From the NCBI GenBank assembly GCA_964036045.1, contig OZ038378.1, forward strand, positions 1,612,001-1,676,000: DNA of 64,000 nucleotides. Direction: 5' to 3'. Of the stretch, positions 1-11,707 are shown in pieces. This DNA comes from Eutreptiella sp. 'Long Island Sound 2002'. Taxonomy: Eukaryota > Protista > Euglenida. The notes under the pieces are model-generated. The model was not told the origin of the DNA and searched no databases. It saw only the letters and a list, made by a program, of their open reading frames with translations. The translations under genes and the position numbers were made by a program. Position 1 is the first letter of the stretch; every line of letters begins with the position of its first letter.

Positions 1-613
1 TGCAGATAGTCGCAGATGCATTGCGCTTGTAGGATTTGCGATTATTTGTAAATTCGAGATACTCTCATCGCAAGATTCATATTGTATTTGAGTATGCAAT
101 TGTTGTATAGTATTGTGTTCTGTACTCACAGGGTTTTTGTCAAATGTCACTATGATTTGGTGTATTCGTGTTCGTGATCATCATAGTGCTTCATTTGACT
201 TGGAGATATAAGGGAAACAAAAGTGAATCATGGGACCACTTGGAAGGGCCATATCTACGCGCGAGTGTGAGGAAAGAGAATAAGGAAGGTTGCGTTGCAA
301 GCGCCTTGGTCTCAACTTATTTTTAATAGGGTCCAACACCTTAAGTCGTCACACAAACTGGTGGTATCATAGGATCATGGTCAACAAGGTAGAAACTTGT
401 TTATAACTTGTTGACCATGTGTCCGGACATGATATTATGACTTTCGAGTGTAGCGCATGAGTCTTGCGGTTGCATAGCATCTTTCCTTAGGTTCTCACGT
501 CCATTTAACTCAAAGTTATGACCATGGAGGGGCATGGCATACCATGGTGGGAGCCTATTTTAAGGGCTATGTGTGATATTGGTAGTATATGTCTTGATAT
601 GCTCACGCCCATG

Positions 614-2513
614 TTATATATCTTCGTGTGGCCGAAGAGATGGGGAGCCACACGTGACACGTGACACGTGACTTATAAACCTGATGGGGGGATCCGTCTG
701 CTTTTCTGGTTGACAAAACCCCCCGTGCCGTGAGTGAATCTCCGTGTGTCCAGTGCCTTTAACTGCGTGCAACTCCGTTTTCGTGATGTTCATGTCCAAC
801 CCCAACTCCCTGGCTGGGCCGTCAAATGCTTCATATACCTTTTTAATATCCTGCACTGGTCTGGCTCTGAATAAAATGTCGTCTAAAAATGCGTGAATGC
901 TGCACTCTAAACCCCAGTCCATGACTGTGTCCAAGTAAAAAAGTATTAAGTTAAGATACAGAATGAATAGAAGGGGGCTGAGTGGGCATCCCTGTCTAGC
1001 GCCTCGTTTTTGGGTGTGGCCCGAGGTGGGGATTCCGTTTACTAACGGTTGTTCAACAGCATGGTCGTACATGCGTTGAATGGAAAGAATCAAGGACTCT
1101 GGGAGCCAATAACGCCGTAATGTGGTCCATAATCCCTGTAAGGGTACTGAATTAAATGCTTAATTAAAATCAATGTACAGATGATACAGGCGCCCTTTAG
1201 ACAGGAGCATCCTGGATACCACGTCATAAATGTGGTCCCCACATCGGTGGTTGTTCAAGCCCCCGTGTTGGCATGGGTGAACTAGTTTATGCTTTTGGGT
1301 TAACCCTTTCAACTGAGAACATTGCCAGGCAGAGGAGAGTTTCACCAATGTCTGTATGAGGCAAATGGGGCGATAATTTACAGGATCGTGTCTGTCTCCT
1401 TTTTTGTAGAGAAGACATACCCTGGCTGAAGACCACTCAGGGGGAGGGCCGTGGGTGAGGATGAAATGTATGGCCTGCAGTAGTAATTGCTGTAAGGCAG
1501 GGGGCAGGAGAGAGACCAAGTAATTAAATTATTTCATCCTCGCCCGTGGCCTTAGTAGGCTTGGCGGCCTGGGTAGTTTCTTGTAACCACTTAATATCTG
1601 GGAGCGGCAAAGGTTCGGTTCGGGTGGGTTCTGGACACTTGGGCAGGTTTGTGATGAATTCCTGCCGGCGCCGTTCATTCACCTGGAAGTCAGAATCCCC
1701 CCCAAGGCGCGACAGGCATGCAGAGAACATATCCCCCACTTTTTGGGGGTCGGATTCCATTCTTGGGGGGTTGGTACTGTCATCCCGGAGCTGAATGTGT
1801 TGCGTCTGATCCGGCCTCAGGGCCTTATCGATGGCCTTTTTGATTTTTGAACCTTTTACCATGGCATAATGCAATTTTTTTTTCTCCCTTTTGGACTGGC
1901 GAGCCCTCCATGACTCGCTGAGCTCTTGTAAGCGACGAAGGGCGCGCGTGCGCTGAGCGTGGCCTTTCGGCAACTGGGAAAGCCGTTCTTTGAATTCGCG
2001 CTCGATTGGGGTCTCTCTGTGGGGATTGCATGGTCTGATAATCTGACGAAAGGCCCGCGCAAGTTCGGGGACCACAGAATTAATGAATCGGACAAGGCGG
2101 TAGGTGAAACCTGCACACGCGTCACCTCGTATGCCCATTGTTGGAGCGGCTGGATGCTCTTCAGGAACTCTAGTTCTTCCGATTGATTCAGACGTCTGAA
2201 CAGAGTGTGGGGTTGGGGTAAAGGGATTGGGATATGAGTTGGGACTGAGTGTCTATTGTCCTGTGATGCCCTTACCCCAGTCCAGTCCTAACCCCATGTG
2301 TACATATCCTGATGTGTTGCTGTACATACTTTTGTTCCCTTGTTTCAGAGTGGCAAGGGTCCTGAAACGCTTTGTCACATGACACGAGCATGAGGATGCC
2401 CTTGTGAGCGCAGTGCTTTGCGTGCCTGCTTGCTTGTGCGTGTCCGCCGCAGCGTCCCGTGGCCAGGCCCCCCACGGGAACGCGTCAATTGCAGTATTGC
2501 TGCACTGTTCCAC
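614..2513 (-). mobile_element. Degenerate non-LTR retrotransposon (LINE) reverse transcriptase, split by stops and frameshifts
   Basis: Successive minus-strand ORFs carry ordered LINE RT motifs: KPTKATGEDEII (1524-2138), PPEWSSARVCLLYKKGD..DPVNYRPICL and YIDFN (1160-1519), GARQGCPLSPLLF and HAFLDD (614-1093). It breaks off at V-Y-K near 672, where the YKYLG motif would be expected. Confidence 0.87.
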
Positions 2514-3143
2514 AAGGCCTTGTTCTTACATGATTTGGACGGATTGATCGATCATCATCTGGTGTGCACCGCCTTGTTGCTCTGCCGGTGTCTAGTATAA
2601 TCTAAAACATCCAAGGGGCATGGATTTGGATACAACTAGAGATCTATTACATGGTAGCAGAGATAGACCGGACAGCACAGACAGCGATAAGGGATGCAGT
2701 GCATGATGCATGTTGGTTGGAGCTCGTGTGTAACACATTGTGAGCCACCCCCAAGGCGTAATGTAGGGCATTTTAGGTCGCTGGGCCTGTGGTCCCTGCC
2801 CCCCAGTGATAGTCAGTTTGTATGCAGGAGTTTGCCTCATCGGACAGTTTCGTCCCGCTCCTGTCTTAGAAGGGGAGTGTAACTGAAGAGGACTGTCGCA
2901 GAGATCGCGAGCATTGCGAGCGACGGCAACTGTGCGAAAAAAAATTAGAAATCAATAACACTGATTTTGTTGGCCCTGATTGCAGTATTGCTGCACTGTT
3001 CCACAAGGCCTTGTTCTTACATGATTTTGACGGATTGATCGATCATCATCTGGTGTGCACCGGCTTGTTGCTCTGCCGGTTTCTAGTATAATCTAAAACA
3101 TCCAAGGCGCATGGATTTGGATACAACTAGAGATCTATTACAT
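2488..3143 (+). repeat. Pair of 165-bp near-identical direct repeats (2488-2652 and 2979-3143)
   Basis: ATTGCAGTATTGCTGCACTG...GAGATCTATTACAT occurs twice with only a few substitutions, separated by 326 bp. Confidence 0.9.
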
Positions 3144-3691
3144 CATAATGCACGCTTAGCCTTGCATGGGTTGGCTTGTTGTTGTGCAGTCCTTGTAAAA
3201 CCCTAGCTGCAACCTTTTGAGACAACATGATGGACATCAAAAAATTATTTCTTTTTGGCGCAAAATCTTTTTTTAGACCGCAATATTTTCTTGTAGCGCG
3301 GCATCTCTTTTTTAGCGTGGATTCTTTCTTTTTAAGGTAAAGATTATGATAAGTGCCGAAAAATCAGGTTTCACACCTAAAAGGCGGCTTGCATCTAGTC
3401 AAACGCATTTGCACCCGCACATTTCTGGTGGATGGCACACCTTGGCGGGGTGCAAGGCGGCAGGTGTTTGGATTATCAAAAAAAGTGGCTTCAAGGGAAG
3501 GGGCTAATGCTTGCTTTCTTCAACCCATCTAGGATTGTAAATAGTGTGGCACAGTGCAACCGAGCTGTGTTATAAACTTGACATACAAGGCAGCACTCAC
3601 ACCCTTATCTTTGTATTTTTCTACACCGGATACTTAGCGCTCTGTTCGTGTACGTTTTGAGGTGTTTGAATGGTGCAATGTCTCGGTTACC

Positions 3692-3735
3692 GTTAGGGTT
3701 GGGGTTAGGCTTAGGATTAGGGTAAACCCTAACCT
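3692..3735. repeat. Short interstitial telomere-like repeat with a head-to-head inversion
   Basis: GTTAGGGTTGGGGTTAGGCTTAGGATTAGGGT followed by AAACCCTAACCT, i.e. TTAGGG variants switching to CCCTAA. Confidence 0.7.
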
Positions 3736-4751
3736 ATATCATATCGGTATGGTGTGAAGGAAGTGCAATGAGGTTCAATCCTACTGCAACTAGAACTTCA
3801 ATTACTTTTCTTGGCAAATAGGTCTTACCCCCATTTAATGTGTGCACAACACCCCAATTTACCAGGCTGGCATAATCTTTGGTGAGGCATTCGACAAAGC
3901 GATCTTCACTCCTCCAACTTGTCTTCAGCCACGTAAGGAAAACGGGGCATGCTTTGTCAATGAACGCATTTGTTCTTGTGCATGCCATGCTCCACAGCAG
4001 CGCGGAGCGCACATGAACACCATCTGCTCCAGGGGATACAATCATACTTAGGTGTTTGTAGTGGTAGCCACACATAACAGCACAGGATCTTTTGCTTTTA
4101 AGAAGATATCCTTTGAAATAGCCGATATGAAAAGCACCAAAAGTCCAATTTAGATCCTCTTTAGATACAAAGTGTGGATCAAATCTAAGTTTGGCGAATG
4201 GTGGTTGAAAACTATTGTCAAACAGTTGCAACCACTCGCTCTTAGTAAGCGTTTTCCCGCTCTTTGAGCCGCAGCATCCTGCACCAACCTTTTACTTACC
4301 TCGGAGTGCCTGTTGACCAAGAGTCTGCAAGCACTTTTCTAGACTGGTCATAGTCTCCTTCCTAGTTGCCTTGCACAGTCTTGCTACGGCTTTGTCAAGT
4401 ATCTCTTGGCGTATTGGTGGTGTGCTTTGAAGTCCCAGATCTTCCACTAACGTAATGAGTTGGTTGTGTGCCTCGAAGTCTTTGATCTTCAATCCACACA
4501 ATGAGAGAACGTTTAAACTAAAATGGCACTAGAGCGGCTTGTACGACAAGAGAGGCGTGCTTTGACAACAAATAGACTGCGTACGGTGTTAGCTGGGGTT
4601 GGGGGGCATTCTTGGCCTTTCTCCGCGCCTGCGATGGTCTCTTGTGGCTAGGCTCGACTTTGCTGCTCTCATTGTGATGGCCTACAAATGTGAAAAATGA
4701 TAATGCTTGATGGAATGTATCAAATTCTTCGAATATCCAATAACAAAACAT
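3734..4751 (-). pseudogene. AT-richer degenerate coding region of unknown family
   Basis: ORFs 4292-4501 and 3734-4231 are in the same frame, separated by one TAA (..LRGK*KVGAG..EWLQLFDNSF..). ORF 4518-4751 lies just upstream in another frame. No motif recognised. Confidence 0.35.
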
Positions 4752-5740
4752 GGAATAATACTTTTTTGTAACGACTCACCAATGGTTGCCGCTACCAATA
4801 CCGTGGCAACCGCGGCTTTTCTTATATGATTTTTGATAGGATGTACACATTAACATTACAACCGCTATGTCATGCATTCAACACTTTATCTTCAAAGGTC
4901 CTGCTTGTCAACTTCTTTCAATTTTTCCAACTGCCAATCTGAGCTCTACAGCTTCGGCCATACACCCGGTCATTTCGCTTTACAACCTTGAAATCAGTTT
5001 TTGTTTATTGCATTTTTGATGGATGACGCATTCAGTATGACACTACTTTGACGATGTAATGTTCGGATGCAATAAGCAAACTCCCATTACTACGCCTGGT
5101 TGCATTACTGGTTTCATCCTGGCCCCTCTTACTGGTTGAAAAAAAAAACAAATAGAGTGTTATGGCTGCCGCCAAGATTATCGCTTTGGCCGTTATAGCT
5201 TTCTTTCGTGCGCTATCATTGTTAACTACAACGTTGTCAGGTGGGCACCTTATGCATATTCATGTTTTGATGCTTTGATGTTCCGATATATACCTGCATT
5301 TGTTGGCATTGTTACTATATTTCATCTCCTATTTTGGGTGAGTTCATTTGAATTTTTCCATCCCTCGGCGGCATTTCTTGTGGGGGGTCTTTCTATATTT
5401 TGCTTCAGTGCCTACGAACTGGTCCATCGTGATTACCGTTCTGATGACGTCGCTGTCACGAACATGGAATCTTTTGCCGAAGCTATTAAATTTTGCAAAC
5501 CTGTTGTTTAATCTCTTTTCTCCATTTTTGTGGTTTGCAGTTGCGCTACTAAGACCGTTTTACGGGGATGTGAAGGAGGATGGGTGACTTAAACAACCAT
5601 TTTCTGAAGTCCGGCCTACTTGCTTTTCATATGTATGTCGCCTGCAATTTGACTCCGGCGGAATGTATGGACTCTATTGAGCTGTCCTTTCGCCCTAAAA
5701 TCTGATGATCTCAAAAACTTGATGTGCTGCTATCTGCTAC

Positions 5741-8700
5741 TGACACAGACTAAGTACAAACAACAGCTCATCCAGACCTGCATGATCATGTGCATGCCAC
5801 AATGGAGGCTGCATTTACAATGGCCCATGCAGTGGACCTTGCCCGTTTCAGACCACCCAAAAAGGCAGCCAGCCGGGCTCCTTCTGTGTCAACCAAGCGT
5901 CACAGGGCAGAGGCATTGATGGCAACGGTTCAAAGAGGCAAAAGCAGTAGATGTCTCATTTGGGAAGCTTTTGAACTTTGTCTTGTACCACCGCAACTTC
6001 TGTGGAGCAGCAGTATCAACCAACCGTAGAGTCCTCATACATTTGAATGATTCGCGTGTGCCTTGCAACATTCGTTTTCTTTTATCAAAAGGGCCTAAGC
6101 AAATGTGCCAGGGCCACGAGGGCAGTTCATGATACAGTGATAATCAACAGGCTCGAGCAGCGCCTGGGTAAGCATACGGGATTCAGCCCTCGGCTGCTCC
6201 CCCACGGTTCCCCTGTGTGAGCGGGGGTCAGTGTAACTGGATTTCCCACTCGTTGGTGTCCCAGTGTTTCTTGTGTTTTTTGGGCAGTGGTTAAAGTGGC
6301 ACTGCCCGCAAAGTGGGGTTCCATTCTTCCCTTTGTTGTTTGTGTGCAAAGTATTGTTGTTGGCATATGGATCGCGTCTCACTGTGGTACATGTCGCGTA
6401 GCGTCGGGATGGCCCACATGCCTATCCCATACATACCTGCCCAGGACACCCCCGGAGGTGGGGGTGGGGATGTTTTTCCCTACGCACCACGGGTCCACTA
6501 CCAGAGCAGTTACACCCCCACTCTGTGCCCACATCTTCGTGAGCATTTTGAGGACCAAGCGTCGGGGGCATGACACAGACTACAAACAACAGCTCATCGA
6601 GACCTGCATGATCATGTGCATGCCACAATGGAGGCTGCATTCACAATGGCCCATGCAGTGGACCTTGCCCGTTTCAGACCACCCAAAAAGGCAGCCAACC
6701 GGGCTCCTTCTGTGTCAACCAAGCGTCACAGGGCAGAGGCATTGATGGCAACGGTTCAAAGAGGCAAAAGCAGTAGATGTCTCATTTGGGAAGCGTTTGG
6801 ACTTGGTCTTGTACCACCGCAACTTCTGTGGAGCAGCAGTATCAACCAACCGTAGAGTCCTCATACATTTGAATGATTCGCGTGTGCCTTGCAGGATTCT
6901 TTGTTTTTCCCATCAAAAGGGCCGAAGCAAATGTGCCAGGGCCACGAGGGCAGTTCATGATAATCAGCAGGTTTCGGCAGCGCCTGGGTAAGCATACGGG
7001 ATTCAGCCCTCGGCTGCTCCCCCATGGTTCCCCTGTGTTAGTGGGGGTCAGTGTAACTGGATTTCCCACTCGTTGGTGTCCCAGTGTTTCTTGTGTTTTT
7101 TGGGCAGTGGTTAAAGTGGCACTACCCACAAAGTGGGGTTCCATTCTTCCCTTTGTTGTTTGTGTGCAAAGTATTGTTGTCCGCGTATGGATCGTGTCTC
7201 ACTGTGGTACACGTCGCGTAGCGTCGGGATGGCCCACATGCCTATCCCATTCATACCTGCCCAGGACGCCCCCGGAGGTCGGGGGAGGATGTTTTGCCCT
7301 ACGCACCACGGGTCCACTACCAGAGCAGTTGCACCCCCACTCTGTGCACACATCTTCGTGAGCATTTTGAGGACCAAGCGTCGGGGGCATGACACAGACT
7401 ACAAACAACAGCTCATCCAGACCTGCATGATCATGTGCATGCCACAATGGAGGCTGCATTTACAATGGCCCATGCAGTGGACCTTGCCCGTTTCAGACCA
7501 CCCAAAAAGGCAGCCAGCCGGGCTCCTTCTGTGTCAACCAAGCATCACAGGGGAGAGGCATTGATGGCAACGGTTCAAAGAGGCAAAAGTAGTAGATGTC
7601 TCATTTGGGAAGCGTTTGGACTTGGTCTTGTACCACCGCAACTTCTGTGGAGCAGCAGTATCAACCAACCATCGAGTCCTCATACATTTGAATGATTCGC
7701 GTGTGCCTTGCAGGATTCTTTGTTTTTTTCATCCAAAGGGCCAAAGCAAATGTGCCAGGGCCACGAGGGCAGTTCATGATAATCAACAGGTTTCGGCAGC
7801 GCCTGGGTAAGCATACGGGATTCAGCCCTCGGCTGCTCCCCCATGGTTCCCCTGTGTGTGCGGGGGTCAGTGTAACTGGATTTCCCACTTGTTGGTGTCC
7901 CAGTGTTTCTTGTGTTTTTTGGGCAGTGGTTAAAGTGGCACTACCCACAAAGTGGGATTCCATTCTTCCCTTTGTTGTTTGTGTGCAAGGTATTGTTGTT
8001 GGCGTATGGATCGTGTCCCACTGTGGTACACGTCGCGTAGCCTCGGGATGGCCCACATGCCTATCCCATACATACCTGCCCAGGAAACCCCCGGAGGTGG
8101 GGGGAGGATGTTTTGCCCTACGCACCACGGGTCCACTACCAGAGCAGTTACACCCCCACTCTGTGCACACATCTTCGTGAGCATTTTGAGGACCAAGCGT
8201 CGGGGGCATGACACAGACCACAAACAACAGCTCATCCAGACCTGCATGATCATGTGCATGCCACAATGGAGGCTGCATTTACAATGGCCCATGCAGTGGA
8301 CCTTGCCCGTTTCGGACCATCCAAAAAGGCAGCCAGGCGGGCTCCTTCTGTGTCAACCAAGCGTCACAGGGCAGAGGCATTGATGGCAAGGGTGTAAAGA
8401 GGCAAAAGCAGTAGATGTCTCATTTGGGAAGCGTTTGGACTGGGTCTTGTACCACCGCAACTTCTGTGGAGCAGCAGTATCAACCAACCGTCGAGTCCTC
8501 ATCCATTTGAATGATTCGCGTGTGCCTTGCAAGATTCTTTTTTTTTTTCGAAAGGGCCAAAGCAAATGTGCCAGGGCCACGAGGGCAGTTCATGATAATC
8601 AACAGGTTTCGGCAGCGCCTGGGTAAGCATACGGGATTCAGCCCTCGGCTGCTCCCCCATGGTTCCCCTGTGTGTGCGGGGGTTAGTGTAACTGGATTTC

Positions 8701-10211
8701 CCACTCGTTGGTGTCCCAGTGTTTCTTGTGTTTTTTGGGCAGTGGTTAAAGTGGCACTACCCACAAAGTTGGGGTTCCATTCTTCCCTTTGTTGTTTGTG
8801 TGCAAAGTATTGTTGTTGGCATATGGATCGCGTCTCACTGTGGTACACGTCGCGTAGCGTCGGGATGGCCCACATGCCTATCCCATACATACCTGCCCAG
8901 GACACCCCCGGAGCTGGGGGGAGGATGTTTTGCCCTACGCACCACAGGTCCACTACCAGAGCAGTTACACCCCCACTCTGTGCACACATCTTCGTGAGCA
9001 TTTTGAGGACCAAGCGTCGGGGGCATGACACAGACCACAAACAACAGCTCATCCAGACCTGCATGATCATGTGCATGCCACAATGGAGGCTGCATTTACA
9101 ATGGCCCATGCAGTGGACCTTGCCCGTTTCAGACCATCCAAAAAGGCAGCCAGCCGGGCTCCTTCTGTGTCAACCAAGCGTCACAGGGCAGAGGCATTGA
9201 TGGCAACGGTTCAAAGAGGCAAAAGCAGTAGATGTCTCATTTGGGAAGCGTTTGGACTTGGTCTTGTACCACCGCAACTTGTGTGGAGCAGCAGTATCAA
9301 CCAACCGTCGACTCCTCATCCATTTGAATGATTCGCGTGTGCCTTGCAAGATTCTTTTTTTTTTTCAAAAGGGCCAAAGCAAATGTGGCAGGGCCACGAG
9401 GGCAGTTCATGATAATCAACAGGTTTGAGCAGCGCCTGGGTAAGCATACGGGATTCAGCCCTCGGCTGCTCCCCCATGGTTCCCCTGTGTGTGCGGGGGT
9501 CAGTGTAACTGGATTTCCCACTCGTTGGTGTCCCGGTGTTTCTTGTGTTTTTTGGGCAGTGGTTAAAGTGGCACTACCCACAAAGTGGGGTTCCATTCTT
9601 CCCTTTGTTGTTTGTGTGCAAAGTATTGTTGTTGACATATGGATCGCGTCTCACTGTGGTACACGTCGCGTAGCATCGGGATGGCCCACATGCCTATCCC
9701 ATACATACCTGCCCAGGACACCCCCGGAGGTGGGGGGAGGATGTTTTTCCCTACGCACCACAGGTCCACTACCAGAGGAGTTACACCCCCACTCTGTGCA
9801 CACATCTTCGTGAGCATTTTGAAGACCATGCGTCGGGGGCATGACACAGACTACAAACAACAGCTCATCCAGACCTGCATGATCATGTGCATGCCACAAT
9901 GGAGGCTGCATGCAGTGGACCTTGCCCGTTTCAGACCACCCAAAAAGGGAGCCAGCCGGGCTCCTTCTATGTCAACCAAGCGTCACAGGGCAGAGGCATT
10001 GATGGCAACGGTTCAAAGAGGCAAAAGCGGTAGATGTCTCATTTGGGAAGCGTTTGAACTTGGTCTTGTACCACCGCAACTTCTATGGAGCAGCAGTATC
10101 AACCAACCATCGAGTCCTCATACATTTGAATGATTCGCGTGTGCCTTGCAGGATTCTTTTTTTTTCCATCAAAAGGGCCGAATCAAATGTGCCAGGGCCA
10201 CAAGGGCAGTT
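5741..10211. repeat. ~819-bp tandem satellite, left block (~5.5 copies)
   Basis: The anchor GACACAGAC recurs at about 5742, 6572, 7391, 8210, 9027 and 9843. Near-identical spurious ORFs recur in the ORF track with the same period. Confidence 0.97.
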
Positions 10212-11707
10212 TAATCTTGTCTCTCTCCTGCACCCCTGGCAACCCTGCATGCACAATCCGTTGTCGTGATCATTCGGGGTCGGCTGGTCACGGCCTGGGG
10301 CCTGGGGCCCGGGGCCAACCAGTGGGGTGGGTTCTGCCTCAACTGTTCCTTCCCCCGCCACCCCGTCGAGCACCTCGTCTGGTCGCCCCGCGTCAGGACC
10401 TGTGGGGCCCACTGTGGGGGGGGCGATGCCATCTCTGGGGTCATCCAGGACGATGGGGCCGTTCTTACTGCCCTCAGTGGGGGCTGTTGCAGCAGCGGGT
10501 TCGGTGGCGCCTGCCCCGGCGTTGGCCACATCAGCGGGTAGGGGGGGGTTTGTGGTATCCTCGTCCACCTCCATGCCCTCATCTGAGGAGTCTCCGGAAG
10601 AGGAGGAGTCCTCCTCAGATGAGTCGGACTAGTTGGGCTTCGCGCCTCGGTTTTCACCGGCCGTGCCCCGAAGCTTTTGGCGCTTGACTGATTCAGGAGC
10701 TGGCTTCGGGGGGGTTTCCTGGGCCCTGTTCGCTTCTCCCAGGCTTCCCTGGGCCAGACATCTTTTGTTCTGATGGATACCCCGCCCATTTCGCGTGAAG
10801 GGTAGCCTGTGAAGCTCTCAGGGTAGGGTAGGGAGAGGAACTCAGGCAGGGACCATTCTGCAGGTGCCTTGGAATAGTGCCTGGCCTGTTTGAGGTCCTC
10901 CCACCTTCTCCAGTCTGCCAGACTGGCCAGTGTTCCTCCCAGGATCCTGAATGCAGCTGCAGCCATGCGTGCCCATGGATGCCATGTGATGTGCCCAAAG
11001 GGGCAGTGTTGCATGCATTCTTTCTGGATGCTGCGCAGTGCATTCCTGCCACCTGGCAGGACTAGGCTTTGGGGGGGGATGTTGGGGTGCTTGAGGGAGA
11101 GTACGTACTTCCTCCATTGTTCAAGGAAGGGCGAGAGTGGGTACTGCACCCACTCTTTTCCACGTTTTTGATCGAAAAACTCGATCCACCCAGGGGTGGC
11201 GATCCCTTCCCACGAGACGCTCTCCGAATCCCCGCTACGCATTCTGAAGACCACTGCGCAAGTCGCGAGGAAAAACAGGCGGGGCCACGCCCAGTGGATG
11301 CGGGCCCTGCCGAGGAAGTCGAGGTGTTGTGCCGTACCGTAGGGTCTCGGGGGGGCATGGGGTGCTGTGATGCGTGCGATGGCCTCCACCTGCAGCCAGT
11401 GGAGCTGGAGGACTGAAGGGGGTAAGAGCCTGAGTTTTTCCAGCACTCGGAGCGCGGATACCAGTCCGGTCGCTGCAGATCTACCCCGTTTTCGCCTGGC
11501 GATTGCGCAGATTCTCTTGTTGGCTGCGACCTCAAGAGTATCGGATGATTCGCTGTTTTTGGCGAACTGACGGAGGGCAGACATGTATGTTTCCCTGGAT
11601 CCTGATGTAATCGCCCTTGCTGCCAGTTGCAGTGGGCCGTCAGACCATTCATCGAACGAAATGGAGAAATATGTTCGTATGGCGACGGACACATCTGCCA
11701 TGTACAC
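10211..11707 (-). CDS. Tyrosine recombinase of a YR retroelement; acidic C-terminal tail probably frameshifted
   Basis: Motifs FRMRSGDS (catalytic R box), FFDQKRG (K), WHPWAR (HxxR-like), WRRWEDLKQARHY (W..Y). First ATG is at 11701. After about 10740 the natural-looking continuation (..GAKPN*SDSSEEDSSSSGDSSDEGMEVDED..) is in another frame and contains a stop. Confidence 0.8.
   Translation of the reverse strand: MYMADVSVAIRTYFSISFDEWSDGPLQLAARAITSGSRETYMSALRQFAKNSESSDTLEVAANKRICAIARRKRGRSAATGLVSALRVLEKLRLLPPSVLQLHWLQVEAIARITAPHAPPRPYGTAQHLDFLGRARIHWAWPRLFFLATCAVVFRMRSGDSESVSWEGIATPGWIEFFDQKRGKEWVQYPLSPFLEQWRKYVLSLKHPNIPPQSLVLPGGRNALRSIQKECMQHCPFGHITWHPWARMAAAAFRILGGTLASLADWRRWEDLKQARHYSKAPAEWSLPEFLSLPYPESFTGYPSREMGGVSIRTKDVWPREAWEKRTGPRKPPRSQLLNQSSAKSFGARPVKTEARSPTSPTHLRRTPPLPETPQMRAWRWTRIPQTPPYPLMWPTPGQAPPNPLLQQPPLRAVRTAPSSWMTPEMASPPPQWAPQVLTRGDQTRCSTGWRGKEQLRQNPPHWLAPGPRPQAVTSRPRMITTTDCACRVARGAGERQD

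Noticed and set aside
3692-3735. True chromosome end
   Set aside because: Only about six degenerate units, internal to the window, with unique sequence on both sides.
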